From Candidatus Cloacimonadota bacterium (lineage in GTDB: Bacteria; Cloacimonadota; Cloacimonadia; Cloacimonadales; TCS61): 64,000 nt of DNA. The notes beneath the pieces are model-generated. The model was not told the origin of the DNA and searched no databases. It was given only the letters and a program-made list of their open reading frames with translations. Shown piece after piece: positions 17,585-27,992 of the stretch. Each line of letters opens with the position of its first letter. Within the stretch, counting starts at the first letter, position 1. The stretch covers positions 68,501 to 132,500 of the forward strand of contig JASUTE010000005.1 in NCBI GenBank assembly GCA_030445745.1, in the 5' to 3' direction. The position numbers were made by a program, and so were the translations under genes.

Positions 17585-18429
17585 ATTAGCACCAATTTAG
17601 GTTGTAGCTGGCAGCCTTCAATTTCACCAAAGCCAATACATTTAGCATCTTTATTTAACATCATATAGAAGCCATCTGGGATCCCAGTCATATTTAGCTG
17701 TTGGCCGTTTTTATAGTAGGTTATTTTCGTATTATTCAAAGTTAATCTGGGAATATGAGGGAAGAATTTTTCCAATGGTTGCAGATAATTTTGCCAATTT
17801 TCGGAATTTAAATTTTCTAAAGGGATAGCTTGATGCACTGTTGTTTTTCCTATTTTAGTGCGCCTTATGTTAGTGGTAGTGGCACAGGTTCCCATTTGGG
17901 CAGCTATTTGCTGGCTTAAAACTCGCACATAGGTACCTTTACTTACTAAAGTACGATAGCTTATAAACGGGAAATTTACCTCTGTATACTCGAATTCTAA
18001 AATTTTTATTGGGCGACTGGTAAGATGGAAATCCACATTCTTGCGGGCTAGCTGATAAGCTTTTTGGCCATTATATTTCAGTGCTGAAAAGCGCGGTGGT
18101 GTTTGTGTTTTGAAATTTTTTATTTCTTTTGCTGTTGGTAGCTTTTGCTGATATGGTTTTTCAGTAATAATAGCACCCTCTAAATCGCCTGTATCTGTTT
18201 CTATTCCCAATTGCATAGTAACCAGATATTCTTTTTCATCATTAAGAAAGAATTTTACCGTGCGAGTTGCTTTACCACTAAAAACTGGTAATAATCCGGT
18301 TGCTAAAGGATCCAACGTGCCAGCATGTCCCATTTTTTTTATTTTGGTTATTTTTCTTAACTTTTCAATAACTCCAAAAGAGGAAATTCCACTTGGTTTG
18401 TCGATCAGAAAAATACCAGACTGGCTCAT
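17581..18429 (-). CDS. truB: tRNA pseudouridine(55) synthase
   Basis: 'GIFLIDKPSGISSF' and the catalytic-Asp motif 'GHAGTLDPLATGLLPV'. 4-nt overlap with ribF. Confidence 0.94.
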   Translation of the reverse strand: MSQSGIFLIDKPSGISSFGVIEKLRKITKIKKMGHAGTLDPLATGLLPVFSGKATRTVKFFLNDEKEYLVTMQLGIETDTGDLEGAIITEKPYQQKLPTAKEIKNFKTQTPPRFSALKYNGQKAYQLARKNVDFHLTSRPIKILEFEYTEVNFPFISYRTLVSKGTYVRVLSQQIAAQMGTCATTTNIRRTKIGKTTVHQAIPLENLNSENWQNYLQPLEKFFPHIPRLTLNNTKITYYKNGQQLNMTGIPDGFYMMLNKDAKCIGFGEIEGCQLQPKLVLI

Positions 18430-19403
18430 TATAACTGTTCCTTCAAATCCCTCAACAAAGTATCTCGTATTGTGTTAAGATCACCGTTCATATCACAACC
18501 GGAAGCTTTTTTATGACCACCTCCACCATATTTAGTAGCTATCTTGTTAACATTTAAATGGTTAGAACGTAGGTGAACCTTATATTTATTTGGTTCTATT
18601 TCTTGCAGACGTACACTGGCAATGACTCCAGTGATACCTTTAACCCAACGACTCAATCCACCTGTGGCTTCTGCAGTAAGATTTAGGTTATCCAGCATTT
18701 TTTTGGTAGTATAGAAAAATAAAAATTTACCATCTTCATAAGTTTGTATGGTTGCTAAAGATTGGCCTATTAGTTTCATTTCATTTGCACTGTGGCTATG
18801 CAGAAACTTATTAGCTATTTCCCCGGGTACAAGCCCTAATCTCATTAACTCAGCACACATATCAAAGGTAGCTGCTGTAGTGTTTGCATTTATGAAATTA
18901 TCCGTGTCGTTTAAAATCGTGGTGTATAAACTATCAGCAACATATTTTTGGGAAGCTTTTGCAAGCTGTTTTATTCTTTCTTTGAACATATTGAACAAAA
19001 TAGCACCAACTGAAGCCAGTTTTGTATCGATGTAGGTGAAAGCTTCAGGGATAAGGTTCCCTTGGATGTGATGATCGATAGCAATAATTGCTTTGGCTTT
19101 TTTGGATAAGTGATCACAAATTCCTAATCGGGAATGTTCATGGCAATCTAAAATTATTAGTAAATCAAACTGAAGATTTTTTTGGCAAATTTTTGTGCGG
19201 TTTTGGACATTGAGATAATCGTATTTTGAGGAACCCTTTCCTTCCAACATAATTTGCAGGTGTGGGAATAACTCTTGCAATGCCAATGCAGCTGCCAAAC
19301 CATCGCCATCGGGTTCTACGTGGGTTAAAATAGCTGCTCGGGGAAATTTTTCAATAAGTTCTAAAAGCTTTATTTTACATTCATTTTCAGTTTTTATCAG
19401 CAT
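18429..19403 (-). CDS. nrnA: DHH/DHHA1-family phosphoesterase (NrnA-like oligoribonuclease/pAp phosphatase)
   Basis: 'HVEPDGDGLAAALAL', 'IAIDHH' and the DHHA1 motif 'GGGGHKKASG'. The start is uncertain: the track ORF reaches 19475 inside rbfA, and I prefer the ATG at 19403. Confidence 0.85.
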   Translation of the reverse strand: MLIKTENECKIKLLELIEKFPRAAILTHVEPDGDGLAAALALQELFPHLQIMLEGKGSSKYDYLNVQNRTKICQKNLQFDLLIILDCHEHSRLGICDHLSKKAKAIIAIDHHIQGNLIPEAFTYIDTKLASVGAILFNMFKERIKQLAKASQKYVADSLYTTILNDTDNFINANTTAATFDMCAELMRLGLVPGEIANKFLHSHSANEMKLIGQSLATIQTYEDGKFLFFYTTKKMLDNLNLTAEATGGLSRWVKGITGVIASVRLQEIEPNKYKVHLRSNHLNVNKIATKYGGGGHKKASGCDMNGDLNTIRDTLLRDLKEQL

Positions 19404-19755
19404 CTGTGTTTCTATCTTCCTGGTGTATTTTAGCGAATATCTCTTCCAGTCTTTGAGCTTCCTTGGCTTTATCATCTGGCAAAAATTTCAGTTCAGGAAT
19501 AATACGCATAAAATGTGCTTTTGCGATGGAATCTTTGAATACACCTGAGCTTTTGGTGAGTAATTCCTGTAATTTATCATCATCGATATCGGTGAGATGA
19601 GTAAAATATACGCGAGCAAAGGAAAAATCGGGGGAAAGACGTATATCGCTAATTGTAACCCATTGTAAACGGTCGTCGCGAATTGTGGATTGCAAAGTTG
19701 TATTCATGAGGCGCAAAAGTTCTTTTTCCATGCGTTTAATGCGAATTTTGGACAT
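19387..19755 (-). CDS. rbfA: Ribosome-binding factor A
   Basis: 'RIKRMEKELLRLMNTTL' and 'VTISDIRLSPDFSFARVYF'. GGGAGG lies 4-5 nt before the ATG at 19755; the track ORF starts at 19767. Confidence 0.9.
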   Translation of the reverse strand: MSKIRIKRMEKELLRLMNTTLQSTIRDDRLQWVTISDIRLSPDFSFARVYFTHLTDIDDDKLQELLTKSSGVFKDSIAKAHFMRIIPELKFLPDDKAKEAQRLEEIFAKIHQEDRNTDADKN

Positions 19756-19806
19756 AGTACCTCCCATGTTGGAAAAATTTTAAGGTGAATCATCACCCTC
19801 TAAGAT

Positions 19807-22185
19807 CTATATTTTTCTTTCTACTTCTATTATTGTGTAAGCTTCTATTATATCGCCCTCTTTAATATCGTTATAGTTTTCCAGGCCAATACCGCATTCA
19901 CTACCGGCTTTTACCTCTTTTACATCATCGTCATAATGTTTCAGCGAGGAGAGTTTACCTTCGTGAATCATGATATCGTTGCGATACAGTCGCATAAGGG
20001 CATCGTTGTGGATAACACCTTTTTCTACTGAACAACCAGCAATAGTTCCAACTTTTTTGATTTTGAAGATCTGTTTTACCTTGGCAGTTCCCAGATATTT
20101 TTCCTTCAATTCCGGAGTCAGCATTCCCTGCAGAGCTTTTTGGATATCTTCGATAGCTTCATAGATAATTTGATATTGTTTTATATCCACATTTTCATTT
20201 TCAGCCATCTTCTTAGCAGAGTTGCTAGCGCGTACATGGAAGCCAATTATTATAGCATCGGAAGCGGCAGCCAGGGCTACATCAGCTTCGTTAATACCAC
20301 CTACAGCTTTGCGAATTATATTTACCATTACTTCATCAGTACTTAGTTTTTCAAATGAATCGCAAAGTGCTTCTACCGATCCATCTGTATCTGCCTTTAC
20401 TATTAGTTTCAGTTCCGACATTTCTTTTTGTTTTATCTTCTGGAATAAATTATTCAAGTTAGTTTTACCGTGATATTTTTCTCGTTCTTCCCGTATATGC
20501 TTTCGTTCTGAACTAATCTGGCGTGCCATCTTTTCGTTCTCTACCTTGTTTATAATATCACCAGCTTTGGGAACATCATTCAATCCATATAAAATTGCTA
20601 CATCGGAAGGGCCGATCTTTTCCTTTTCATTACCGCGTTCATCCTCCATTTTCCTAATTTTACCATAGGTGGCTCCGCAGACTACATTATCTCCTTTTTC
20701 AAGATCACCTTCGGAAAGTAGAATAGTAGCCACAGTTCCCATCCGAGAATCTTTTTCACTCTCGATTACAGTTCCCTTACCAGGAATATCTACTGGGGCT
20801 TTCAATTCTTTCATTTCTGCTGCCAAAATAATAAGTTCCAAGAGTTCTTCAATTCCTTCCCCAGTTTTAGCTGAACAGGTAGTCCAGGGAACATTTCCTC
20901 CGTAATTTTCTAAGTAGAGATTTTGTTTTAACAAATCGGCGATGGTTTTTTCGACATTGGCATCTTTCAGATCTATTTTGTTTATTGCCACAATAATAGG
21001 AACGCCAGCAGCACGGGCATGATCGATGGCTTCCACGGTTTGTGGTTTCACACCTTCATTAGCCGCTACCACGATGATAGCTAAATCTGTTACATTGGCT
21101 CCGCGCGAACGCATAGCTGTAAAAGCTTCATGGCCAGGAGTATCTAAAAAAGTTATCTTGTTGCCATTGAAATCTACCTGATAGGCCCCTATATGTTGGG
21201 TAATGCCACCACTTTCACCCGCAATTATATTGGTTTTACGAATGTAGTCTAATATGGAAGTTTTACCATGATCTACATGTCCCATTATGGTAACAACAGG
21301 AGGACGTTTTTCATAATCGGCAGCTTTTTTCTCTTTTTCGCTGGTTTCCACAATATCGCGGCCATATTCCGATTTAAATTCAACATCAAAATCAAATTCA
21401 TCGCAGATCATCTCTAAGGAATCTCTATCGAGTCGCTGATTAATGGTAACCATTTGGCCCATATTGAAGAAGGCAGCAATAATTTCCGTAACTGGAACAT
21501 CCATCAATTTTGCTAATTCGCTAACTGAAGTAAACTCGTTTATCTGTAATTTGCCGTCTTTATTCTTATCACCTTGCTTATCAGATTTTTTATATTTTTT
21601 CTTCTTTTTAGGTTTTGCCAGAGTTTTCTTGATGTTTTTGCTAATTTCTGCTTCTTCAATTTCGGTAGGCTCGAATTTTTTCTTTCGTTTTTTGCCTTTG
21701 CCCCCGTGTTTTAACTTAGCTCTGGTATGTTTGCTTTTTTCTTCGAAATCATCAAAATCTTTTTTATGTTTTTTAGCAGCTTTTTGGCGTTTATCGATCT
21801 TTTCTGGAGCTGGAGGAGGTGTGGGTAAATCTTTTTCGCGTTTAGGAGTAGATTTACTGCTTTTCTTCTTAGTTTTGCGAATCTCTTTTTCCTCGAAAAC
21901 GGGAATATCTGCTTTAGTTTTGCCGCTTTCTTTTTTTGGTTTTGCTTTTTCAGGTTTCTTTTTGGAACTAAGAACAATACGCTCATGGTAACTTTTACGG
22001 TCTTGCTCACGTTTTTTCTCAGCATCTACTTCCTGTTTAAATTTAGCTTTTATTTTTTCTACAACATCATCTTCTACGGGGCTCATGTGGCTTTTTACTT
22101 CCACCCCCATATCGGCTAGATGCTTTTTGAGTGCATGCGTAGAAATTTTTAGTTCTTTTGCTAATTGATGTACTCTTTTTGTCAT
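19807..22185 (-). CDS. infB: Translation initiation factor IF-2
   Basis: 792 aa. Lys-rich N-terminal region. GTPase motifs 'GHVDHGKTS', 'DTPGH' and 'NKID', with a conserved C-terminal domain. Confidence 0.98.
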   Translation of the reverse strand: MTKRVHQLAKELKISTHALKKHLADMGVEVKSHMSPVEDDVVEKIKAKFKQEVDAEKKREQDRKSYHERIVLSSKKKPEKAKPKKESGKTKADIPVFEEKEIRKTKKKSSKSTPKREKDLPTPPPAPEKIDKRQKAAKKHKKDFDDFEEKSKHTRAKLKHGGKGKKRKKKFEPTEIEEAEISKNIKKTLAKPKKKKKYKKSDKQGDKNKDGKLQINEFTSVSELAKLMDVPVTEIIAAFFNMGQMVTINQRLDRDSLEMICDEFDFDVEFKSEYGRDIVETSEKEKKAADYEKRPPVVTIMGHVDHGKTSILDYIRKTNIIAGESGGITQHIGAYQVDFNGNKITFLDTPGHEAFTAMRSRGANVTDLAIIVVAANEGVKPQTVEAIDHARAAGVPIIVAINKIDLKDANVEKTIADLLKQNLYLENYGGNVPWTTCSAKTGEGIEELLELIILAAEMKELKAPVDIPGKGTVIESEKDSRMGTVATILLSEGDLEKGDNVVCGATYGKIRKMEDERGNEKEKIGPSDVAILYGLNDVPKAGDIINKVENEKMARQISSERKHIREEREKYHGKTNLNNLFQKIKQKEMSELKLIVKADTDGSVEALCDSFEKLSTDEVMVNIIRKAVGGINEADVALAAASDAIIIGFHVRASNSAKKMAENENVDIKQYQIIYEAIEDIQKALQGMLTPELKEKYLGTAKVKQIFKIKKVGTIAGCSVEKGVIHNDALMRLYRNDIMIHEGKLSSLKHYDDDVKEVKAGSECGIGLENYNDIKEGDIIEAYTIIEVERKI

Positions 22186-22517
22186 TATTCCTCCAGGTTA
22201 ATAAGAAATTTCAGAATTCCGTCAGCAAAATTTTTATCATTCACAGAAATAATTCCGATTTCTCTTCGGTTTAAAATTCTGCCAAAATCCAGCTTGGTGC
22301 CAATTTCTCTAACAGTTAAATTGGTAGCACTGCTTATGTTTAGAAAGCCTTTACGGGAGCTATGACCCAGATCTTTTGCCAATAACAATAACGCAGCTTT
22401 ACCGCTACGACAACTTCTTTCAACTGCATCGTAGCCGAAGCTAAGTTTGCCAGCTTTGTTTGCTAGCTGCAAGAGACTTTCTAACTTTTTTTCCATTTTT
22501 TCTTCTTTCTTTGCCAT
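22185..22517 (-). CDS. ylxQ: L7Ae/YlxQ-family RNA-binding protein
   Basis: 'LLQLANKAGKLSFGYDAVERSCRSGKAALLLLAKD' matches the L7Ae-like fold. It holds the canonical position between ylxR and infB. The start is ambiguous among 22538, 22517 and 22496. Confidence 0.75.
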   Translation of the reverse strand: MAKKEEKMEKKLESLLQLANKAGKLSFGYDAVERSCRSGKAALLLLAKDLGHSSRKGFLNISSATNLTVREIGTKLDFGRILNRREIGIISVNDKNFADGILKFLINLEE

Positions 22518-22711
22518 TGCTCTATTTTTTGTAAACACTTATTTGAAATACAAACATAAAATCCACGTCCAGACAACTTGTGTTTTAGGTCATAAACGAC
22601 GCCGCTAGCTGTTTTACCAAACCGTAACAGCTGTAGCTGCGGTTTTTTCTGACGGCATATTACACAAGTACGCATGGGAATATGCCCAGCTTTGGATTTT
22701 TGGTTCGGCAT
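22481..22711 (-). CDS. ylxR: YlxR/RnpM-family (DUF448) RNA-binding protein
   Basis: 76 aa. 'PMRTCVICRQKKPQLQLLRF' is the DUF448 signature. It lies immediately downstream of nusA. Confidence 0.85.
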   Translation of the reverse strand: MPNQKSKAGHIPMRTCVICRQKKPQLQLLRFGKTASGVVYDLKHKLSGRGFYVCISNKCLQKIEQWQRKKKKWKKS

Positions 22712-23944
22712 TTAAAAATATTTTGCTGATTCTTTTAGTTTCTGTGCTGTTTTTTTGCCCAAGCCTTCCAAGTTGCACAACTCTTCCACTGTGGAAGAAT
22801 AAATGTCTTGCACAGAGGTGTAGCCGTGTTCTTTTAGAATTTGGGCAATCTTGGGTGTTACTCCATCCAGATCGCTTACATGGCTAGTGATGCGGCGTTC
22901 TTCCGAAATCTTTTCTTCAAATTCAGGTTCTGTGAAGATATCCAATTTGTAATCGGTGAGCTTAGCTGCCAGCTTAACATTTTTGCCCTGCTTGCCAATT
23001 GCCAGATTTTTGTTTTCTTCACTCACTATGATACGAGCAAAATTTCCTCGTTGAGCCAGGTATACTTTTTCTACCACGTCCATACCAATCGCATTAGCTA
23101 TCAATTGTTCAGGGGAGCTATCCCAAGAAACAACATCGATAAGTTCACCATTTAGCTCTTTGCGAATTGATTCGATGCGAACCCCTTTGGGGCCTAAGCA
23201 GCTAGCTGTCGCATCCACATCGTTGCTAACAGCATGTACCGCCACTTTGGTACGTACGCCTGGTTCACGAACTATTTTTTTTATTTCTATGTCACCATTT
23301 TCAATTTCAGGGACTTCCATTTCAAATAATTTTTTTACAAATTCTGGGCGAGTGCGCGACAGAATAACAATAACATCTTTACGGCGCTTACGAATATTTA
23401 CTACATAAGCACGCACGATATCGCCAACTTTAAAATATTCATCTTCGATCTGTTCTTCTACTGGTAGCAGAGCATCTGCATAGCCGATATCTACCAAAAG
23501 ACCATTGTAGTCTACTTTCCTAACCTTACCAGCCACAATTTGATTTTTCTGCTTTTCGTAGTCGAACATAATGCGGCTTTCTTCCAGGTGTTTTATACGC
23601 TCAAGAATAGCTTTACGAGCATTTTTTATCACCTTTGGCTCAAATTCAAAAATAGGCATTTGGACTGCAATTTTATCGCCTAATTCAGCATCTTTATCAT
23701 ATCTTTTAGCTTCTTCCAGGTTTATTTCGCCGAGTTCGGTATCCTGTTCCACAACTATTTTTTTGAATTTTGCCAAAACTTTATTGGTATCGAAATCAGC
23801 AATAATTTCCAACTCATTTTCCGGGTTTAGTTTTTTAGAGATTGCTTGAAATAAACCTTCTCTGATTATCTTTTCCAATTCTTCTTTGTTAAGCTGTTTT
23901 AAATTGGCAAGCTCAGCCAATGAACTCATCAAATTGGCGCTCAT
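22712..23944 (-). CDS. nusA: Transcription termination/antitermination factor NusA
   Basis: 410 aa. N-terminal domain, S1 domain ('GKVRKVDYNGLLVDIG'), two KH domains ('IGKQGKNVKLAAKLT') and a C-terminal HhH repeat. Confidence 0.97.
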   Translation of the reverse strand: MSANLMSSLAELANLKQLNKEELEKIIREGLFQAISKKLNPENELEIIADFDTNKVLAKFKKIVVEQDTELGEINLEEAKRYDKDAELGDKIAVQMPIFEFEPKVIKNARKAILERIKHLEESRIMFDYEKQKNQIVAGKVRKVDYNGLLVDIGYADALLPVEEQIEDEYFKVGDIVRAYVVNIRKRRKDVIVILSRTRPEFVKKLFEMEVPEIENGDIEIKKIVREPGVRTKVAVHAVSNDVDATASCLGPKGVRIESIRKELNGELIDVVSWDSSPEQLIANAIGMDVVEKVYLAQRGNFARIIVSEENKNLAIGKQGKNVKLAAKLTDYKLDIFTEPEFEEKISEERRITSHVSDLDGVTPKIAQILKEHGYTSVQDIYSSTVEELCNLEGLGKKTAQKLKESAKYF

Positions 23945-23954
23945 CGCTTACTCC

Positions 23955-24413
23955 TTATTTTCTTTTCTTTTTTAATTCAAAATACGTTTTCGCTTTTTTA
24001 ATATCGGAAAAGGGAATTATAAGTTCTTCCGTAAGAGTTTCTAACTTTATGTGTTTAGGAAGTACTTCCTTTAGTGTTCCCCTGATGTGAACATTTTTGT
24101 CCTGCTGGCTGTAGGTAAGTTTTATTTTTTCGTTTATAGCGCTTACATAGTGTTTCTTTAGCTTTAGTTCACGTTCCAAACCTGGAGACGAAACTTCCAA
24201 AAAATATCTTCCCGGAATCAGGTCCTCAGCATCCAGTTCCATATTAATAATACGGCTTACCTCTTGACATTCGGCTATAGTAACTCCATCTATTTTAGTG
24301 ATATAAATAAGCACTATCTTCCCTTTGGAAGCATTTTTTAACTGCACATCGTACAGCGCTACTCCTACCTGCTGACAGGCATCATGAGCTAACTTTTCAA
24401 TTTTTTCTAACAT
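23955..24413 (-). CDS. rimP: Ribosome maturation factor RimP
   Basis: 152 aa. 'LEVSSPGLEREL' is the RimP signature. It heads the nusA-infB operon. Confidence 0.9.
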   Translation of the reverse strand: MLEKIEKLAHDACQQVGVALYDVQLKNASKGKIVLIYITKIDGVTIAECQEVSRIINMELDAEDLIPGRYFLEVSSPGLERELKLKKHYVSAINEKIKLTYSQQDKNVHIRGTLKEVLPKHIKLETLTEELIIPFSDIKKAKTYFELKKKRK

Positions 24414-24434
24414 AACACCATTCCTATAATAATT

Positions 24435-24457
24435 GAACCACTGAAATCCAGTGGTTC
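24435..24457 (-). promoter_or_regulatory. Leader hairpin in the rimP-nusA 5' UTR (possible attenuator)
   Basis: A 9-bp perfect stem, GAACCACTG with CAGTGGTTC, has a 5-nt loop. On the minus strand it is followed by AAUUAUUAUAGGA and ends 21 nt before the rimP ATG. Confidence 0.3.
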
Positions 24458-24687
24458 GGGAAATTTATCAAAAAAAAACTGACCTGCAAATAGTCAGCAT
24501 TCTTTTTACCGGCCTTTTTTCCAAAAAAAAATTATCGGTTAAACTGTCAAGCAGTTATTATTTCAAAAGATTATTATTTAAGAAGTTAGCGCTTTTTATT
24601 ATTAGATTATTTACTGCCAGCTAAACAGTTAAGGTTGACAGCTTTGCGTTTTTTCCCATTTTTTCCAAAAACAATAAGAGGTGGGAT

Positions 24688-25482
24688 ATGAATTACAAAA
24701 TTGGTATTTGCCAGTTTGAGCCTAAACTATTGGATTTGGAATATAACCGTAACAAGATGCAAGAGATGGTAGATGGGGTACAGGCCGACCTCATTGTTTT
24801 CCCTGAATTAGCCACCAGCGGCTATGTTTTTAAAAATATGCAAGAAGTACGCTCGGTTTCGGAAAATTTTAAAACAGGCGAAACAGCTCAGATGCTCAAG
24901 AGATTAGCGAAAAAGAACAATTGCAGTTATGTGAGCGGTTACTGTGAACAGGAGGGTGATGATATCTATAATTCAGCCATGCTGATCAATCCGGATGGGC
25001 AGATGTACAACTATCGCAAACTGCATCTCTTCTACGAAGAAAAGTTGTGGTTCAAGCCCGGAAACCTGGGTTTTAAGGTAGTTTCAGCCAAAAAAGGTGT
25101 GCAGCTGGGAATGATGGTATGTTTCGATTGGATCTTTCCGGAATCTGCCCGCACTTTGATGTTAAGAGGAGCTCAGGTTTTGGCACATCCTTCTAATTTG
25201 GTTTTGCCCTGGTGCCAGGAAGCTATGAAAACCCGTAGCTTGGAAAATCGTGTTTTTGCCGCTACCTGCAACCGCATTGGTATTGAAAAAAATGGTGATA
25301 AAAAACAGCATTTTACCGGTATGAGCCAAATTACCAATACTACCGGAAAAATATTGCAGCGCTTAGGCGAGGATGAGGAAAAACTCTATATTGCCGAGGT
25401 CGATATAGAAGAAGCAAATAACAAAGATGTAAACGAATACAACAACATCATCAGCGATCGTCGCGCCGGCTTCTACGATTGA
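24688..25482 (+). CDS. Carbon-nitrogen hydrolase (nitrilase superfamily amidase)
   Basis: 264 aa. The Glu-Lys-Cys triad contexts are 'VFPELATSGY', 'YRKLHLF' and 'MMVCFDWIFPE'. Confidence 0.88.
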   Translation: MNYKIGICQFEPKLLDLEYNRNKMQEMVDGVQADLIVFPELATSGYVFKNMQEVRSVSENFKTGETAQMLKRLAKKNNCSYVSGYCEQEGDDIYNSAMLINPDGQMYNYRKLHLFYEEKLWFKPGNLGFKVVSAKKGVQLGMMVCFDWIFPESARTLMLRGAQVLAHPSNLVLPWCQEAMKTRSLENRVFAATCNRIGIEKNGDKKQHFTGMSQITNTTGKILQRLGEDEEKLYIAEVDIEEANNKDVNEYNNIISDRRAGFYD

Positions 25483-26783
25483 TCTAAAGCTGTTTTCAGC
25501 TCTGCTAAAGCTCTTGCGGCCATCTTCTGTTTTTTCAGTTTTTTGTTACTCTCGCGGTAGGGCAAAGGTGGTACCAACCCGAAATTTGCATTCATTGGTT
25601 GGAAATTGGAGCTGGGCTTTAGCAGATGTTCCCATAAATTGCGACTGATAGTGGTGGTGGGCAACTTTTCTTTCTGCCAATTTTGAGTTAATATTTTGCT
25701 TACCAAAAGACCACTTAAGATAGATTCCACATAGCCTTCCAAGCCGCTTAATTGGCCGGCAACAAATATATTTGGTTTATTTTTCAAACTCAAATTTGGT
25801 TTTAAAATTTCGGGACTATTCAAAAAAGTATTGCGATGGATGGAACCATAACGCAGGAATTTGGCATTTTGCAATCCCGGGATTTTTTGCAGTACCTGCT
25901 TTTGCTGACCATATTTCAGCATGGTTTGGCAGCCTACCAGGTTATAAGCTGTTTTGGCCTGATTTTCTGCTCGCAACTGAATAACTGCATAAGGACGTCT
26001 GCCAGTGCGTGGATCCTGCAGCCCAACCGGGCGCATAACCCCAAACCGAAGTGTATCTTTTCCACGCCGTGCCAGTTCCTCGATAGGAGTGCAATTTTCA
26101 TAAAATTTGAAATCTAAATTTTGGAAAAATCTATTTTCGAACTCTTTGGCTTCGTGCTTTTCAGCATTATTCAAAGCTTCTACAAATTCATAATATTCTT
26201 CCTTGGAAAAAGGGCAGTTCAGATAATCTGAGTTATCATCCTGATACCTGCTTTTGCTAAAAATTATATTTAGATCTAGGCTCTCAGTTTCCACGATGGG
26301 AGCAATAGCATCGAAAAAGTAGAGCTGCTGCTGGCCGATTGTTTTTTGCAAATTTGCTGTAAGTGCCATTGAAGTAAGCGGGCCACTGGCCAAAATGGTG
26401 AGCTCATCATCTAATTTGGTTACTTCCCGGCGAACCAGCTGAATATTGGGGTTTTCTTCTATCTGCTTGGTAACAGCAGCAGCAAAAGCGCTTCTGTTTA
26501 TGGCTAGTGCATTTCCAGCTGGCACACTATGCTTTTGAGCGATTGGTAGTAGTTTGCAGCCCATGTGTTGCATTTCTGCCTTCAAAAGGCCACTGGCTGT
26601 GGTCTGCAACTTCGATTTGAAGGAATTGCTGCAAACTACCTCAGCTAGTTTTTCGCTGCTATGGGCTTCGGTACACTGATGAGGTCGCATCTCGTACAGC
26701 GTTACCTTCCAATCTGAATCTGCTAGCTGCAGGGCAGCTTCACTACCAGCCAGACCACCACCAATTATTTTTATATTAGGCAT
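25473..26783 (-). CDS. trmFO: Methylenetetrahydrofolate--tRNA-(uracil-5-)-methyltransferase TrmFO
   Basis: 436 aa. FAD motif 'IIGGGLAGSEAALQLA', plus 'VCSNSFKS' and 'FVAGQLSGLEGYVES'. Confidence 0.93.
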   Translation of the reverse strand: MPNIKIIGGGLAGSEAALQLADSDWKVTLYEMRPHQCTEAHSSEKLAEVVCSNSFKSKLQTTASGLLKAEMQHMGCKLLPIAQKHSVPAGNALAINRSAFAAAVTKQIEENPNIQLVRREVTKLDDELTILASGPLTSMALTANLQKTIGQQQLYFFDAIAPIVETESLDLNIIFSKSRYQDDNSDYLNCPFSKEEYYEFVEALNNAEKHEAKEFENRFFQNLDFKFYENCTPIEELARRGKDTLRFGVMRPVGLQDPRTGRRPYAVIQLRAENQAKTAYNLVGCQTMLKYGQQKQVLQKIPGLQNAKFLRYGSIHRNTFLNSPEILKPNLSLKNKPNIFVAGQLSGLEGYVESILSGLLVSKILTQNWQKEKLPTTTISRNLWEHLLKPSSNFQPMNANFGLVPPLPYRESNKKLKKQKMAARALAELKTALDQS

Positions 26784-26949
26784 TGCTTTTTCCTTATTTT
26801 TCTACTAAAGTTTTGCATTAAGATATCTTTTTTCCAAGACTACAAAATAGAAAAGCATTTGGTATTTTAGCAGATATCTAAAATCCAACATTCTAAAGCC
26901 CATACCTTTGTCAACTATTTGGGTATAAATAAGGAAATTTGGCGAATTT

Positions 26950-27372
26950 TTAAATTATTTTGAAAGGAGTTAGTTTTAACTTGTCTAACTTTAATAGTTC
27001 CACGTGCTTGCGGATTCTTCCTTGGTGCCAGGCTGCTTGTATCTGGTCAAAGTTTTGCTGGAGTGTAGTAATTTGAGTTGGAATATCTTTACTGCTTGCT
27101 ATTATGCAAGCAAATTTTTTGTTAATTCTTTTAATATTTGGCCCGAAAACTCTGGACACAGCGCAGGTTACATCTTTGCTTTGAAGCAGGTTAACTATGC
27201 CGCCAGCTTTTTTAGGATCAGCATGCTGTTCTTCCTCTTCTGTGGTATTTTCTATACTGGCAATCTGCCGGTAATCGTTTTGGGTGATTTTATAGATCTG
27301 GTAAAACTTGGCATCGCCAAAATGGCGGTTGATAAAATTCTTGTTATCATCGGTTGCAAAAGCGAATATCAA
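26950..27372 (-). CDS. NifX/NifB-like (dinitrogenase FeMo-cofactor-binding fold, PF02579-type) protein
   Basis: 140 aa. 'IFAFATDDNK...INRHFGDAKFYQIY' and 'VTCAVSRVFGPN' match the family pattern HFG-x-A-x-F...G-x-x-A. Confidence 0.65.
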   Translation of the reverse strand: MIFAFATDDNKNFINRHFGDAKFYQIYKITQNDYRQIASIENTTEEEEQHADPKKAGGIVNLLQSKDVTCAVSRVFGPNIKRINKKFACIIASSKDIPTQITTLQQNFDQIQAAWHQGRIRKHVELLKLDKLKLTPFKII

Positions 27373-27743
27373 AGTTTTTCCTTCAATTCAAACAGGTTGC
27401 CATAGCCATCTTGCAAAAATATTAAATCGGAATGCTGACGCTGTTTACGAATTACATGGTAACCCTTTTGCTGAGCGACGTGGCAAGTATATTCACGCTG
27501 AGGAACTTTCAAACAAATATGGCCAAAATGTGGTTGTTTGCTATCACCGTTTACAAATAATTCCAACTTCAGGTAATCTTTTTGCATTAGGAAAGCAGAT
27601 GCGTCTTTTTCCAAACCGAATATTTTTTGGCTAAGTTGTCTATTTATTTGGAATTCACGCACTATTTGAAAACCCAAAAGTTCTTTGTAGAAATTATCTA
27701 TCTCTGATTTATCTGAAATATCTAAGCCGATGTGCTGTAGCAT
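27369..27743 (-). CDS. VOC (glyoxalase/bleomycin-resistance/dioxygenase) family protein
   Basis: 124 aa. 'LQHIGLDISDKSEIDNFYKELLGF' and 'HICLKV...DGYGNLFEL' are typical of the paired beta-alpha-beta-beta-beta fold. Confidence 0.65.
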   Translation of the reverse strand: MLQHIGLDISDKSEIDNFYKELLGFQIVREFQINRQLSQKIFGLEKDASAFLMQKDYLKLELFVNGDSKQPHFGHICLKVPQREYTCHVAQQKGYHVIRKQRQHSDLIFLQDGYGNLFELKEKL

Positions 27744-27758
27744 CTATCTCCTTTATGG

Positions 27759-27992
27759 TTATTTTAACATCTCTTCGCGCACCATAAGATTACCGCATTT
27801 GGGGCATTTTATATCAGTACATTTAGTTCCGCGCTGATGGGGAATAGTTGTGCGACATTTGGGGCAAACACAGTTGCCGCCGGGACCATAAGCACCTCCA
27901 TTATTGCGGCCTTGGCCTCCTTGGTTAAAGTTTCTTCCCATTCCTCTGCCTTGTCCACCACCATGTGGACCGGTTCCATCTCTATTTGGCAT
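27759..27992 (-). CDS. DUF5320-like small protein with Gly-rich linker and C-terminal zinc ribbon
   Basis: 77 aa. N-terminal 'MPNRDGTGPHGGGQGRGMGR' is a DUF5320-type start, followed by 'CVCPKCRTT...CPKCGNLM' (CxxC-x17-CxxC). AGGAGGAG SD. Confidence 0.7.
   Translation of the reverse strand: MPNRDGTGPHGGGQGRGMGRNFNQGGQGRNNGGAYGPGGNCVCPKCRTTIPHQRGTKCTDIKCPKCGNLMVREEMLK

Noticed and set aside
21443-21991. 182-aa plus-strand ORF, together with the 104-aa ORF at 21711-22025 and the other antisense or off-frame ORFs at 19970-20905.
   Set aside because: These lie inside the Lys-rich, low-complexity N-terminal coding region of infB or opposite the infB body, where open frames arise by composition. 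The translations are Phe/Ser/Leu-rich nonsense, whereas the infB frame is unmistakable.
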